In this document: positions 51,796 through 63,301 of the stretch, piece after piece
Numbering within the stretch: the stretch's first letter is position 1
Layout of the letters: each line of letters opens with the position of its first letter
NCBI GenBank assembly: GCA_003971905.1
Contig: RSEE01000080.1
Coordinates: forward strand, 1 to 64,000
DNA length: 64,000 nt
Direction: 5' to 3'
Origin: Moniliella sp. 'wahieum'
Taxonomy: Eukaryota
The notes under the pieces: generated by a model
Told to the model about the DNA's origin: nothing
Database searches by the model: none
Seen by the model: the letters and a program-made list of their open reading frames with translations, nothing else
Program-made: the position numbers and the translations under genes

Positions 51796-51881
51796 GGGCG
51801 GATAGCTCAGTTGGTAGAGCGCACGCTTTGCATGTCATCTGCGGTTGTGTGAGGTCTGGGGTTCGATTCCCTATTCGTCCA
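51796..51881 (+). tRNA. tRNA-Ala(TGC) with ~13-nt intron
   Basis: GGGCGGA/TTCGTCC acceptor with G3:U70, GCTC/GAGC D-stem, CACGC-TT-TGC-A...GTGTG, TTCGATT T-loop, downstream T-tracts. Confidence 0.93.
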
Positions 51882-52126
51882 TCCTTTTCCTTTTCTTACC
51901 CGCCGCCGCACACCCGCTAAAAGTTCGGAGGTACCAGGGACGCGTCCAGCTGCTGGGCGATCTTAGAACCAAGAAGCAGATGCGAAATGATTTTAAGCCA
52001 CTCTGTTACAACTCTCTTACATTCAAGTCCAAATACCTGAGACAAGCATGTTTCTACGGGGCCAGAGATAGAGGTAGATCATCATGGAAATGACTACATT
52101 TTAAAAGGCAAGGCGCCAACTGCCCA

Positions 52127-52890
52127 TTAAAGGGCCTTCTTGGCAGCCTTAGCCAGGTGGGCCGAGTACTCCACGAAAGGAGTAGGGGAGGAGGAATGTT
52201 GTTCCACAGGTTGGGCGTAAGGAAACCGTACGTCTTGGACACAGCCTCGAAAGTAGCCTTGATGAAGTTACCCATCGTGGCGGTCTGGCCAGACGACTGC
52301 GTGTAGCAGTCAGTCACACCGGCGAGCTGAAGCATGCGCTTCGAGGGGGGGCAGCGACGATACCCGTACCACGGGGGCGGGGACGAGACGGCACATGACC
52401 GACGCGGTCTTGCCGCTGACCTTCATGGGAACCGTGGGGGCTCACCAAGAGCGGCGCCCCAGTACCCACGACGGACAGGGATGACCGAAAGCTTGGCCAG
52501 GTTAATCGCAGCGCGAATGGCAGTGGCAACCTCCTTGGCGCACTTGACACCAAGACCCAAGTGACCATCCGAGTCACCGACGGCGACAAACGCCTTAAAG
52601 CGGGTACGCTGGCCAGCACGCGTCTGCTTCTGGACAGGGTGGATCTTCATCACCTCGTCCTTCAGCTTGGGAAGGAGCAGGTCCACAACCTGGTATTCCT
52701 TGATCGGGAGCGAGAAGAGGTAGATTTCCTCAATCGACTTGATCTTGCCGTCCTTGACCAGACGACCGACCGAAGTAACGGGAACCCACTCCTCCTTCTC
52801 ACCACCACGCGCACCACGGCGCCCACGGCGGCCGCGGCCACCACGGTCACGACCAAACCCACCACGTCCACGAGGAGCAGCGTCAGCCAT
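52127..52890 (-). CDS. RPS2: 40S ribosomal protein S2 (uS5); frameshifted by single-base deletions; 5'-UTR intron ~52898-52967
   Basis: RGG N-terminus, [77 protein letters not shown]. Confidence 0.97.
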
Positions 52891-55079
52891 ATTGAGTCTA
52901 AGGCCAGTGGGAAACGAAGTTAGCAATGTCCGGCCAGTGGGCCAAGGGAACGGGAAGGGTAACTGACCTTGCTTTTGCGTCAAACTTGGCGCTAGGAAGA
53001 GGACTGACAGAGACGACAGACGCACGGTATCAGGACTCCAAAAGGCAATGAACAGGGTTGCCGGGACACTTGCCTGGTGAGACCAGCCAATTTAAATTCG
53101 CCGCAGTCATCGCCATGCCGTCGTCTCCTCTCGTGCCAAAAAAACTGAACCTGGAATATCCCTTGTTGAACGTTGAATCTTTCAATTTCATTTCCGGGAA
53201 TCAATCTCAGTCTTTTGACCAGCTTCTCATCGACTGCAAGCGCCAGGCGGTTTTCTATCGAGAGGAACAGTAGGCCCAGCACCATCTTTGTGCATCGTGA
53301 GGATGATCGATCATCGATCATCCCAGGAATCCCAAGGTAGCACTCCTCTTGTGCTCCCATCAAGCACATCACGCGTCCCGCTGTCAGCCTGTCACATGTC
53401 ACCTGTCACATGTCAAGCTTCAAGCATGCCAAGCGCCAAGCTGTCAGCTGTCACTTGCCATAGTTTCAACGTTCAGTACACGCTCACTTCAATGACAGTC
53501 GCCCAAATGGTCGCCCTTGTATAATCACCAGCTGACTCAATCCATGGAGGTCGTCTGGGGTCACCATGGGGCCTGGGGGACCGCAGCCACCTTCACTTCG
53601 TTTGCCAATTTGTCGATGATTGTGGACTTGACCGGACTTTTGGCCTACTTTTTCTGTTTATTCATTATACGGTGGAGAGACAAAGATACCAGCGAGACAG
53701 TATCCTCTTCAGCATGCCACACCTCTCACCGCCTCATCTCAGATCCCCTCAGATCCCTCATATCTCATAGATCTCATCGCCGATTTCTTCCTTGCCATGT
53801 GCAAGTATGATTCTGATAGTTATGTGATGCATGAGGAGATCTGTGGAGTCGGGATGGCCGTTTTGAGGGTAATGCAATCGCACTGCTGGTGGGGTGGTGC
53901 TGAACCACCATTCCTCGGGATCGAGGCAAGTAGAGGCAAGTAGAGTGTGAGCACGATACAGGTGGGGCCGTTCGCCCGTTCTGCGATACCATTGTGGAGG
54001 TACTTTCAACTGGATCAAATGGTGGTTTCGGTTACGGTGCCGTGTTCGTTGTATACCTCCATCACTCTGGATGTGGCAGAAGTCATTTCGAGAGCATTGT
54101 CGGAGTGGACCACCTGGAAGGGCCAATCAGGGGCTGGCATTGTTCACGGGTAATCAAGTGGGTAATACATACAGCGTCCCTTTAGAGGGAAGAGGGAGGA
54201 AGAAAACGTCCCGCAGACGTCGTCGACGATAAGCAATCCCCAGTCGTGTCCACCGCTACCTTGCGAGGAATGTAGAGAGCACATCGATATGGATCAGGGA
54301 AAAAGTAGGTCGAGTGGTTCCGGTAACATTGTGAGAACGAGAATGAGGGGCTGTGGCATCCGCCTGAATACAGGAAGGACAATCCCAGTGGCGTCGAACG
54401 GTCGCTAATCTTGAGAAGAAACAAAACGTGAAGGGGAAGATAGGCAAGCAGTTAAGTAAGTGAGCTGGTCAAGGGATAGATGGTTCCACTACTCATGGGC
54501 TCGGTGGACCTTGTCGAAAAAAAAGGTAGAGGATGGTTCAATGAAATGAGCACTATTGGTTTGAGAGACCGAGGGGAGAAGGGGTTGGAGGAACATTTTG
54601 TAGTTAGCATCCGTAACAAGGCGGGGCAGGTAACAAGAATGCGTTCATCAGAACTTCCCCCACCCTGGCGAACATTATTACCGCTCAGAAAAGTTGCATG
54701 TGCCGGGGAGGAGGCGGCACCTCGGGACGAGCGCCCGCCTCGGGAAGACCCACCTCGGGAACTATAGTGTCGGTGAAACAACAGTGTCTCTGATAAGAGG
54801 AGGGAGAAAACGACGGCGGGCGATGAACCGCAGACGGATGAGTGAATTGCCACAAGCGTCAAGAGTTCCTCTCGTATGTTTTGTCGGCATACGAGATTAG
54901 CATGCCTTTCTCCTGTATCGCGTTAATGAGAACGCTGTACAGAGACGGGCGTCTGGAAGAGGATAGCATGGCAACCATAAATTGATTTTGTGTACCAGCA
55001 GACGACATGTTGCTCAGCAAATTGGTCCCCAGTCCGCCGAACGAAGGAAAGACTAACCAAGGAGGTCGATCTCATCGTG

Positions 55080-55141
55080 TTGGTTTCCTCTGACGGAAGA
55101 ATGTGGCCGTTGGTTTCCTTTTTGACGGAGTAATGTGGCCG
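55080..55141. repeat. ~31-bp tandem duplication
   Basis: TGGTTTCCT...TGACGGA..AATGTGGCCGT twice. Confidence 0.7.
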
Positions 55142-55651
55142 TAGCGTTCCCGGAGGAGGGAAAAAAGGGATGATGCACACGATAATCCACGTCACTCTCA
55201 TGGAATGAATCATGAACTGTGCAGTGTAGTCTGTGTCGTAAAGGGGTTCAAAAAGAGCTTAGGGTCTAGGCCAGGTTTGTACTGAGTGCAAGTAGGCCCC
55301 TGCTCAACAATCTCCCTTGCCCGCCACAATGTCCCGTTCCATGACCGCAAGCACACTTCTTTGGCCCACGGCTAGAATGGTTGTCCGGCCTTGAATTTGC
55401 TGTCTTTGTCCAAAGTGGTATTAGTCAGAGTCTTGAAAGCGGAAACCATCTCATGATCCATTATGCCTTCGTCACTGAGTCGCCGAATAAAAAGTCATTT
55501 GTGTCCGCAAGCCCAAGATCCCGACCGTGGAGGCTAGCGGCATGATAATTGATCTGGTTCCAACGCACGCCACCGTCGCCAGCCAATACATTTTGTCTGT
55601 TGACAGCGGCATCCAGATGTCAGCACCTCACAGTTTTTCCGCCACGCCCAC

Positions 55652-55750
55652 GAGACGTTCCATAGACAGGCCCATACTGCGCAGAGACGTTCCGTAGACA
55701 AGCCCATACTGCGTAGAGACGTTCCATAGACAAGCCGATACTACGTATAG
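55652..55750. repeat. 32-bp tandem repeat (3 copies)
   Basis: GAGACGTTCCRTAGACARGCCSATACTRCGYA three times. Confidence 0.85.
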
Positions 55751-56073
55751 TTAACGCGAACATGATTGTATCATCAATCGGAGGAGCACTGAGAGGTGAA
55801 GCCGTCGTTGCCACACAGGGATGGGAGTGATGCTCATCGTTGAAGAAATACGCCGAGGTGAGTGGTTGGTGATGAGTAATAGGCGAGGTGATCACCGCTG
55901 CTCACTGGATGAGCGAAGAGTTTCTCTGGTGAGATTGATGAGACCTGGAGTCCTGATGGTCCTCGATGTGGATATGGAATCGGACTGGTGGTGGTCATGA
56001 ACTACGCCAACCATGAACGCCTACAGAGGAATAGCATCAAGCAGCCTGCCGCCATCAGGGGCTAGACTGCGGA

Positions 56074-56180
56074 AAAGGAGAACAGAAGCGAGAAAAACAA
56101 CGGAACTCCTATGCCCGTGAGGAGGAACTGAAGGGTCGTTTTGGTCAAAACACACACGAGCCACCCAGCGGCTCAACATT
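56074..56180. repeat. Dispersed diverged element, copy B (copy A at ~10413-10532)
   Basis: Same collinear blocks as copy A, same orientation. Confidence 0.75.
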
Positions 56181-57101
56181 TTTTGTGGCGTAGGCGACGC
56201 TGAGAAGATGTGCGGGGGCCTGAGACGCGGGGGCCTCTATGTGACAAGTTAGGCATTAAACGTTGACGGATATACGCTGGTACCGTCGGCAAGGTCCAGC
56301 GGAACGAGATTGTTTCGCTTGGGTTTTACACGTCTGCGAGGCTAGCGAATCACAAAGGGGGATAGGGTGTGGTGGGTGAGATAATATAGTAGCGAGGGAG
56401 GAGTTTTTAAGCCCTGCTAGCTGAGGCCTGGCGCTGCCGCTGGGCGAGACGTCAGGCAGTGGTCAGGCCTCCGGAGGGCACGAGGGCCCGCGGGCGGGCG
56501 TTAGAGGCGGGCGTAGGAAGCTCGTTAACCTTCTGTGGCAGGCGCGACGCCCGTGGTGGCGGGTGGTCGGTGGCTGGTGGCCGGTGGCTGATGGCCAAGG
56601 CCATGGCCATGGCCTGCCTTGGCGTGTACCTGGCAGCTGGCTGGCAGACGGGAGGGCGTCACGCATGTCACCCGTCGGGACATGCCACGCCGCGGCTCAA
56701 ACTGCAGTGGCCCTTCGGTGTTGCTCTCCGCAGTGCCCCCCTGCTGGGGCGGCCAGACCCGGGCACCGTTTCAGCTTTTGCTGCCAAGCGCCGCCACGCC
56801 GGCTGCGTGCGACGAGGCACGAGGCACCCGAACGCACAGACGCCCCACTCTTCGTGCTGGTGACCGGGGACTACGTGACTACGTGACTAGCGACTGGTGA
56901 CTGTGGGCGCAGCACCCAAATCTCTCTCAAAAGCCCCCCAAGCCGCCGGCCAAGCGTCCCCTTCGGCCGCAGGCCTTCAGGATTCAGCTTCAGCCACCGC
57001 AACCCCAGCTCTCTGCCCATCGTCCTCCTGCCCTCGCCTCCCCCCCTCCCCCCCCCATCTGCCTCAAGCGGAGTGCTTGCGCTGTTGTCTTGTCGTCCAA
57101 C

Positions 57102-58144
57102 ATGGCTTCTCTCCAGTCGTCTGCTCCCGCCCCCACGCCGCGCCCAGCGTCCACGCTCATGTCCCTCACTCATTCCGGCGAATCGTCGCCCGTTACGGGC
57201 GACATGCACGTCCGCCTGCCTCCCGATGTACATGCCAGCTGGGTGAACTCGGATGCCCTGCGTCACCTGTTTATCACGCAGGACTCGCAGAGCATCAAGG
57301 CCAACTCGTCGCGTCCCTTTGTCATCAGCCCCTTTGCAAGGGACTTGTGGCCCCCGCGATACGATGCGCCGCAGCAAGAGGTCACCCAATCATCTTCCGC
57401 CTCGGGTGTTTTCAAGTCGCACTCGGCCGTGAATGTGACAGTTTACGTGGACGGCACTGTCAATGGAGTCGAGACGCTGCGCAAGGAGAACCCCCAGTTG
57501 GAATTGGTCCCAACGTCTCTTCCTGGACCCCCAGTACCCGTAAGGCCAACAACCGCCACTCGTCCTACTTTTCCTACGTTCCTCGCAAGGAGCGCCTGCT
57601 TCCTGTGATGTCCAAGCGAAAGTGTGGTGAGCTATGTGACTCTCCGACTCCCGTCCTATCCTGTGCTTGACACGCCGCTCCAGATCGCGCCCGCACCTTG
57701 CGTGGTGCGTGCAATGTCTTTCTGCCCCCCGAGTTTTCGGGGATTGTATCGTGGAGTCTGGGTGTGGGGCCGCACGGAAGCACGATCAAACAAGCAAGCG
57801 GGGATGAGGTGGGAATGGGGGGGTTCAAGTTATCCAAGGCACTCCGCAACAGCGGTCGGGTGATTGACCTAACTGGCCGACTGGGCGTCGGACCGCCACC
57901 GGGAACAAGCAGCGCGACGGCGGACGCCGACGTGAAGAAAGCGCTCAAACTGCATGCGCCCCTGCTCAAGAAACGGCCGAATCGGGGTCTTATCAAGGTC
58001 TATCCCGTGGGAACGCACCTGGCAGCGGGGGTGGAGCCCCCCGCGCTCCGGGGTGATCTGTGTGAGCTGGTCACGGCTCGAGGCAACATGACTCTCTATG
58101 ACGCCTCTGAGTTCAAGGAGGAGGAAGGGTGTGTGATCAGCTAA
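57102..58144 (+). CDS. Hypothetical protein ending in a CaaX motif (CVIS); frameshifted
   Basis: ORFs 57090..57608 and 57698..58144 with coding-like composition; terminal codons TGT GTG ATC AGC TAA. Confidence 0.6.
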
Positions 58145-58593
58145 GGGTGCTTCTTGTGGACAGTTATCATACGTGCTTTATTCCCTTTTTGCCCCTGTTG
58201 TCACCCCTGCCTCGCTATTCCTTTTTGCATACTGCTGGAACTTTCTTCTTCTCATCCTTGTTGTTACGCGCCTCATTGTCTGCTGCTTCTCGTTCCGGAT
58301 TCTACGAGCCCATACATGGAATGGATTGTATGGCATGCAGTATCACCCCGTCGCTACCGGACACGTTGTATTGTTGAGCAGGATACAGAGCAGTAGTGGG
58401 CTGTCTGGGGCAGGCTGGTGGTCTGTGTGGGTGGCCTCGATCTGAGATCTCAGTCTGAGACCGGATGGGGCTGGACGCGCGCAGTAGTCGCGCATGTTCA
58501 AATTTCAATGGCCGCCCCTTGCTTGCCGCGGCACACACCCGAGCGGAATTGGGGCCGACATACAAAGCGGCGGCGGCGCTCTTTCCGCCCGGC

Positions 58594-58608
58594 CCAATTT
58601 TTTTCGCC
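58594..58608. promoter_or_regulatory. RRPE-like element upstream of RRP12
   Basis: AATTTTTTTCGC about 95 bp upstream of the ATG of a ribosome-biogenesis gene; resembles yeast RRPE (TGAAAAATTTT). Confidence 0.35.
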
Positions 58609-58696
58609 TGGCGCTTCACTTGCAGACATTATAGCTCCCACCCGCCCGCCCCGCCTTCCTCCATCCAACGCCTCCGCCCCGCCCTCGACTGCGACG

Positions 58697-61600
58697 ATGG
58701 CCGACTACGACGCGGCGGCGGCAACCGACGCGCTCAACGAGGCCCTCCTCAAGATCCGCCACCACACCGCATCCAAGCTCGAGAACCAGCGCACCCCTGC
58801 TCTCCTCCTCACCGCCATCGAGACCGGCATTGCCGAGCACCATGCCGCTGCCCGCGCCGCCGGCCAGGCTGCGCCTCCCGAGGGCAGCTCCCCCTCCCCC
58901 ACCGAGTACCTGGTGGGCATGCTGAGCATGTCCGCGCCGCCGCCAGCAGTAAGGTGTGTTTTTTCTTTTCTTTTTTCTGGTTCTTCTTCTTGGTCTCTGC
59001 GGGCATCTTCTCATCCTGACAATAACCCTTCCTCCTCTGCTATAGGTGCCGTGTCGTTGCCCGCTCTGCTCTACCTATCTCCCTCACCGCCCCCCATGTC
59101 CCCACAAGCGTGCTGTACAAGGAGATCGACCCGCTCTTGCGTCTTCTGCAGGGCCCGCTGAGCCCCGCACGCCACATCGATGCAGGCACACAAGGCGCCC
59201 AGAGGGTCTTGCTGCCCAACTTCGCTCGGTGCTCAACATCCTCGAGATCGCCCTGGTGCATTTTCCTCTCAAGGTGCTTTCCCACACCCCGCTCCAGCAA
59301 TCGTTCAACTCGGCTCTCAAGCTCTGCATCGACGTCCGCCCCAAGGTTCGCCGTCGCGCCCAGCAGCTTGTGCTTGCTACCCTTCAGCGCGACGATGGTG
59401 ACCACCCCTATGCCACTCCCGTGCTTACGTGGCTCGTTCAATCTTTTGACCGCGTCGGCGAGGCGAGTGGATCCAAGTCCCACGACGGAAAGCCCGAGTT
59501 TGACAAGAAGACTGGTCGTGCGCTGCACAGCGGTGCGGCGGCCGCGTTGCGGCAGAACGCACTCGAGCTGCAAAACGAGCCAAGGCCAAGCGTGGGGCCA
59601 ACGTTAAGTTGCATCCTAGTGCCGGGTGTGGCTCACTGGCTTTGCCAAGGAGCTCATCCCTGTCCTCCACACCCATGGGGCGTTGGGGTCCAAGGCCGCG
59701 CTCGAAGGGCTGGTCAAGGCGCTGATTCGTCTGCCGTCGCTTCAGAACCCGTTTTTGTCCGTCGGGGCGTTCGATGACTTTGAAGTGCTCTTTCGCCAGC
59801 GTTTGCAAAATGGGTCGTCCAGTCTGCTGCAAACTACCCTCCGCACCCTCCGCTCCAAACACGTTCGCAACCAAGTGTCTTCGGACGCCCAGTTGTACCC
59901 TGCGTACCTCCACGCCTTGTCCTCCGCTCTGACTGCCTTGGCCCGGTACGACCTGGTCGCAGCCGAGACGGGGTCGGAGAGCCCTCTCTGGGCGAGTCAG
60001 GAGGATTCGATCAGTGCCCTTCCTATCTTTACCGACGTTCTCTCTCGCGCCCTCGGCAGGTATGGGGGCTAAGAGCAAGCCCGTCCGGGAAGCTGGCAAG
60101 GCGCTGTTGCTCGCCATCATCAAGGCTTTGCCTCGGAGCAAAATCGTGTCGGCTGCGTCGGCGCCCACGGAACCTTCCGAGGTCAAGTCGATTGTGGACC
60201 AGCTGCACAACGCCCTTGAGGGACAGGCTGTCAAGTTCCTGGCATCGCGGGCCGAATTGTTGGGGGTAATCGAGGGTCTGATCGAGCAACTTCGCACGTT
60301 TGTCCCGGCCGCTCGCTCGCCCATCCCCAAGCCCATGTGGACCACGACACGCCTCGGGCCTCCGAGGTGTTTTGTCTCCCGTTCATCACGTCCGCCGCAA
60401 CGATGCGGACAGACGAGTCGTTTGAGCATCGTGCCGAGGCCGATGCGGTTCTTGCCAAGGGTCAACGTCTGTGGGCCCGGGGTCGTTCTCGAACTGTTGC
60501 CCCTCAACCTACTAGGGGAAGATGAGCCGGAACGCACCTGGCTTTTGCCCCTCATGGCACGTCAAATTGACAACACGGAGCTGGCCCACTTTGCCACGTC
60601 TTGCTCCCCCTCACCAAGGAGCTGGACAGCGTCGGGCCGACGCCGAATCCCGCCGGGAAGGGAGCCGTGGCGCGGCATCATCCGAGTCGTTGATGTGGTC
60701 CACGCTGATCAAGCAGGTATGGGACTTGTTCCCCGGGTACTGCAAGTTGCCCCTGGACGCCGTGTCGGCCTTGAGCCAAACCACCCTGGCGGCCGACTGG
60801 TGGATGTGCTGAAACGTTCGCAGGACCCTGCGTCGGGGTGGGTCGTGTCGGCCATCGATCCTTGGTGGGCTGCAGCAACTGGTTGAGACCAGTCGCAGTA
60901 TCAAGGCGTCCGGGATGGGGCTGGAGCTCGAAGCCAACTTTGGTCTGACCCCGGCTGATGGCGAAGCCAACTTGGCCAAACTGGCCGAAATGGCACCTGG
61001 GTTCATGACCGTGTTGTACGACGTGCTGCGCTTGAGCCCGCGGGAAGACCAAGGCTTTATCTTGCCCACCATGAGTCTGTTTATTGATCTGTTGCCTCCG
61101 TCTGCTCTCGAGGCCGCGTTCCAGCACTTGCTCACTACCCTCGCACAGCCTTGGCTCAGCCCCTGAGCACAAGCACGGGAAAGCAGATGCCAACGCGCCC
61201 CAGTCCGAGTGGTCACGTCGCTCAAGGTGTTGGCTCTGTTTGTACCGCACTTGTCGGTCGCTCAGGCTTCCACGCTGCTCACTGGGATTTTGGGCGAGGC
61301 GAACGATAAGACACAAGCTGTCGCCCCCGCCCTCTGACCAACAAGGAGGCGGCCGTGCAAAAGCGCGCCTACCACCTGTTCACCCGGCTTGTCGAAGCCT
61401 CTACCGGTCCGGTCGTGCTGGCTTCGAAAGGCTCCAACGGTGCCCCGTTGCTGCTGACGCTACTCAAGGCGGTCACCCTTTCTCAGATCAACGTTGCACC
61501 CGGGGCCGAAGACGAACGGATGGGACTCTTGTCGGCGCTGGTGCCGCGCATCCCTCGTGATCAACTCCATCTCCTTCACCCTCTTACCGTCGAAGCCGTT

Positions 61601-63050
61601 CTCGGCACCAAAGGGCGCGGGGCGAACGTAAGGGCAGTTTCACCCTCCTCCTCGCTCTCGCCGAGAAGTTCAAGGCGGGCGGCGAGATCAACATGCAGCC
61701 GTTGAGTGGCCAAGACGAAGTGCGCCGCGAGCATCGAGGAGTTCTTCCTCTTGGCCTCGGGACTTCTCGGTGGCTCGACCCCGCACGAGATCTCGGCGAC
61801 CTGGATGGCGCTCAACCGGTTGGTGTACGAGTACCGCGCGACCTTTCTGCGCAATCGATCAAGGAACTGCTCCAGACGGCCGCCACGTTTGTCCGGAGCC
61901 AGAACCGGAGATCATCAAGTCGGTCCTGGGCACGATGAACGTTGCTGCGGTCAGTGTCGATTCGGGGTTGCTCTTGGCGGACAATGGCGAGTTGCTGCGG
62001 ACGTTGGTGGAAGCTGTTTTGCTCTGTCCAAGGACAACCGGTACCGGTTCAAGTTGCCCGTGCGCCACTTTTGCGAGCGCCTCGTCCGTCGGTTTGGATT
62101 TGATGCGATCGATCGGCTGGTGCCCGAAGACGACAAGAAGTTGTTGGCCAACATTCGCAAGCGCAAGGAACGTGCCAAGCGCCGTCGTACCGAGAAGGAA
62201 GACGATCCTCACCTCACCGAAACGGCACTGGGCACGACCCAGGCCGCGCGCAAGACGCGCGACATTGGTACGGACGCATTTGAAGATGTACTGTACGGCT
62301 CCGAGGCCGAGCTGGCCTCGTCGGACGAAGAGGAACAGGGAGCGTCGCACAAGGGCAAGGCGCCCCAGGGCAAAGCACCCCAGGGTAAGAAATCTCGTCG
62401 TGCTGTCGACGAGACGTACATTCGCGCCGACGACGATGAGCCGATGGACTTGTTGGACCGCGGCGCTGCTGGGTCCAAGATTATGACGGGCATGTGGCGG
62501 CGGTGCAGGCGCGTGCGAACGCGGCGGCCGGACGTGCCTCGCGAAAGGGCACCCAGTTCCCCAGCGACGTCGATACGGGCAAGATGCTGATTCAGGACGA
62601 GGAGGATCCACGCTGGCCCCGACGGCGACCCGGGGCAAGAAGCGCAAGTCGGGCGACGACTTGGAGGAGGAGCAAGATGATGGGGATGCGTACCGTGGTC
62701 TGTCGATCGGAGCTGATGGTCATACCCACACCCGCACAGGCGCCGTCAAGTTCAACAAGAACAACAAGAAGACCCGTGCGGCCGAGGCGGAGATGGATTT
62801 GGACGAGCAGGACGACGAGGCGCGGCAGATTGGTGCGCCAGCCGAAAATAAGGACCGTCGCAAGCGGCCCAAGAAGGACAAGACGGCCATTGGGGGCCAG
62901 TTCCGTGCCAAGAAGGCCCAAGGCGATGTGCAGCGGGGCGGCATGTCCCCCTATGCCTATGTCCCGCTGGGCGATGTGAGCGGCAAGAAGGCCGGACGCA
63001 ACGCGCGCCAGATGGACATTACTGGCCACGGACGCAAGCGCCGCGGTTGA
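58697..63050 (+). CDS. RRP12: Ribosomal RNA-processing protein 12 (NUC173/HEAT); frameshifted, intron near 58930-59045
   Basis: LLKIRHHTASKLENQRTPALLLTAIE, DVRPKVRRRAQ, GPGVVLELLPLNL, QKRAY, RRFGFDAIDRLVPEDDKKLLANIRKRKERAKR, AFEDVLYGSE, GGQFRAKKAQGDV...PYAYVPL. Confidence 0.93.
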
Positions 63051-63301
63051 ACTTGCTTCCTCTTTCCTGTTTCTGGTTTTGCTTTTGAGATGAACTTCAT
63101 GCTTTGGCTATTCCGCAAGATCTGTAGAAACTCTGTCTGGAGCTACGAGCAAACCGCTTTCTCTACATACGTCTACATAGGTGCCATACGGAAAGGATGT
63201 AGGGGAGGTGGTAGTGGAGGTGAGAGAGAGTGCATACAGTACATGCAGGTCCCTGGGAGAAATCTCTCCCCGCCCAAGGAACTTTTCGAGCCCAAGGAGT
63301 T

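Noticed and set aside
55869..55957. GTGATGA...TTGATGA...CTGA box C/D-like arrangement
   Set aside because: No terminal stem or recognisable guide, and the region is generally GATGA-rich.
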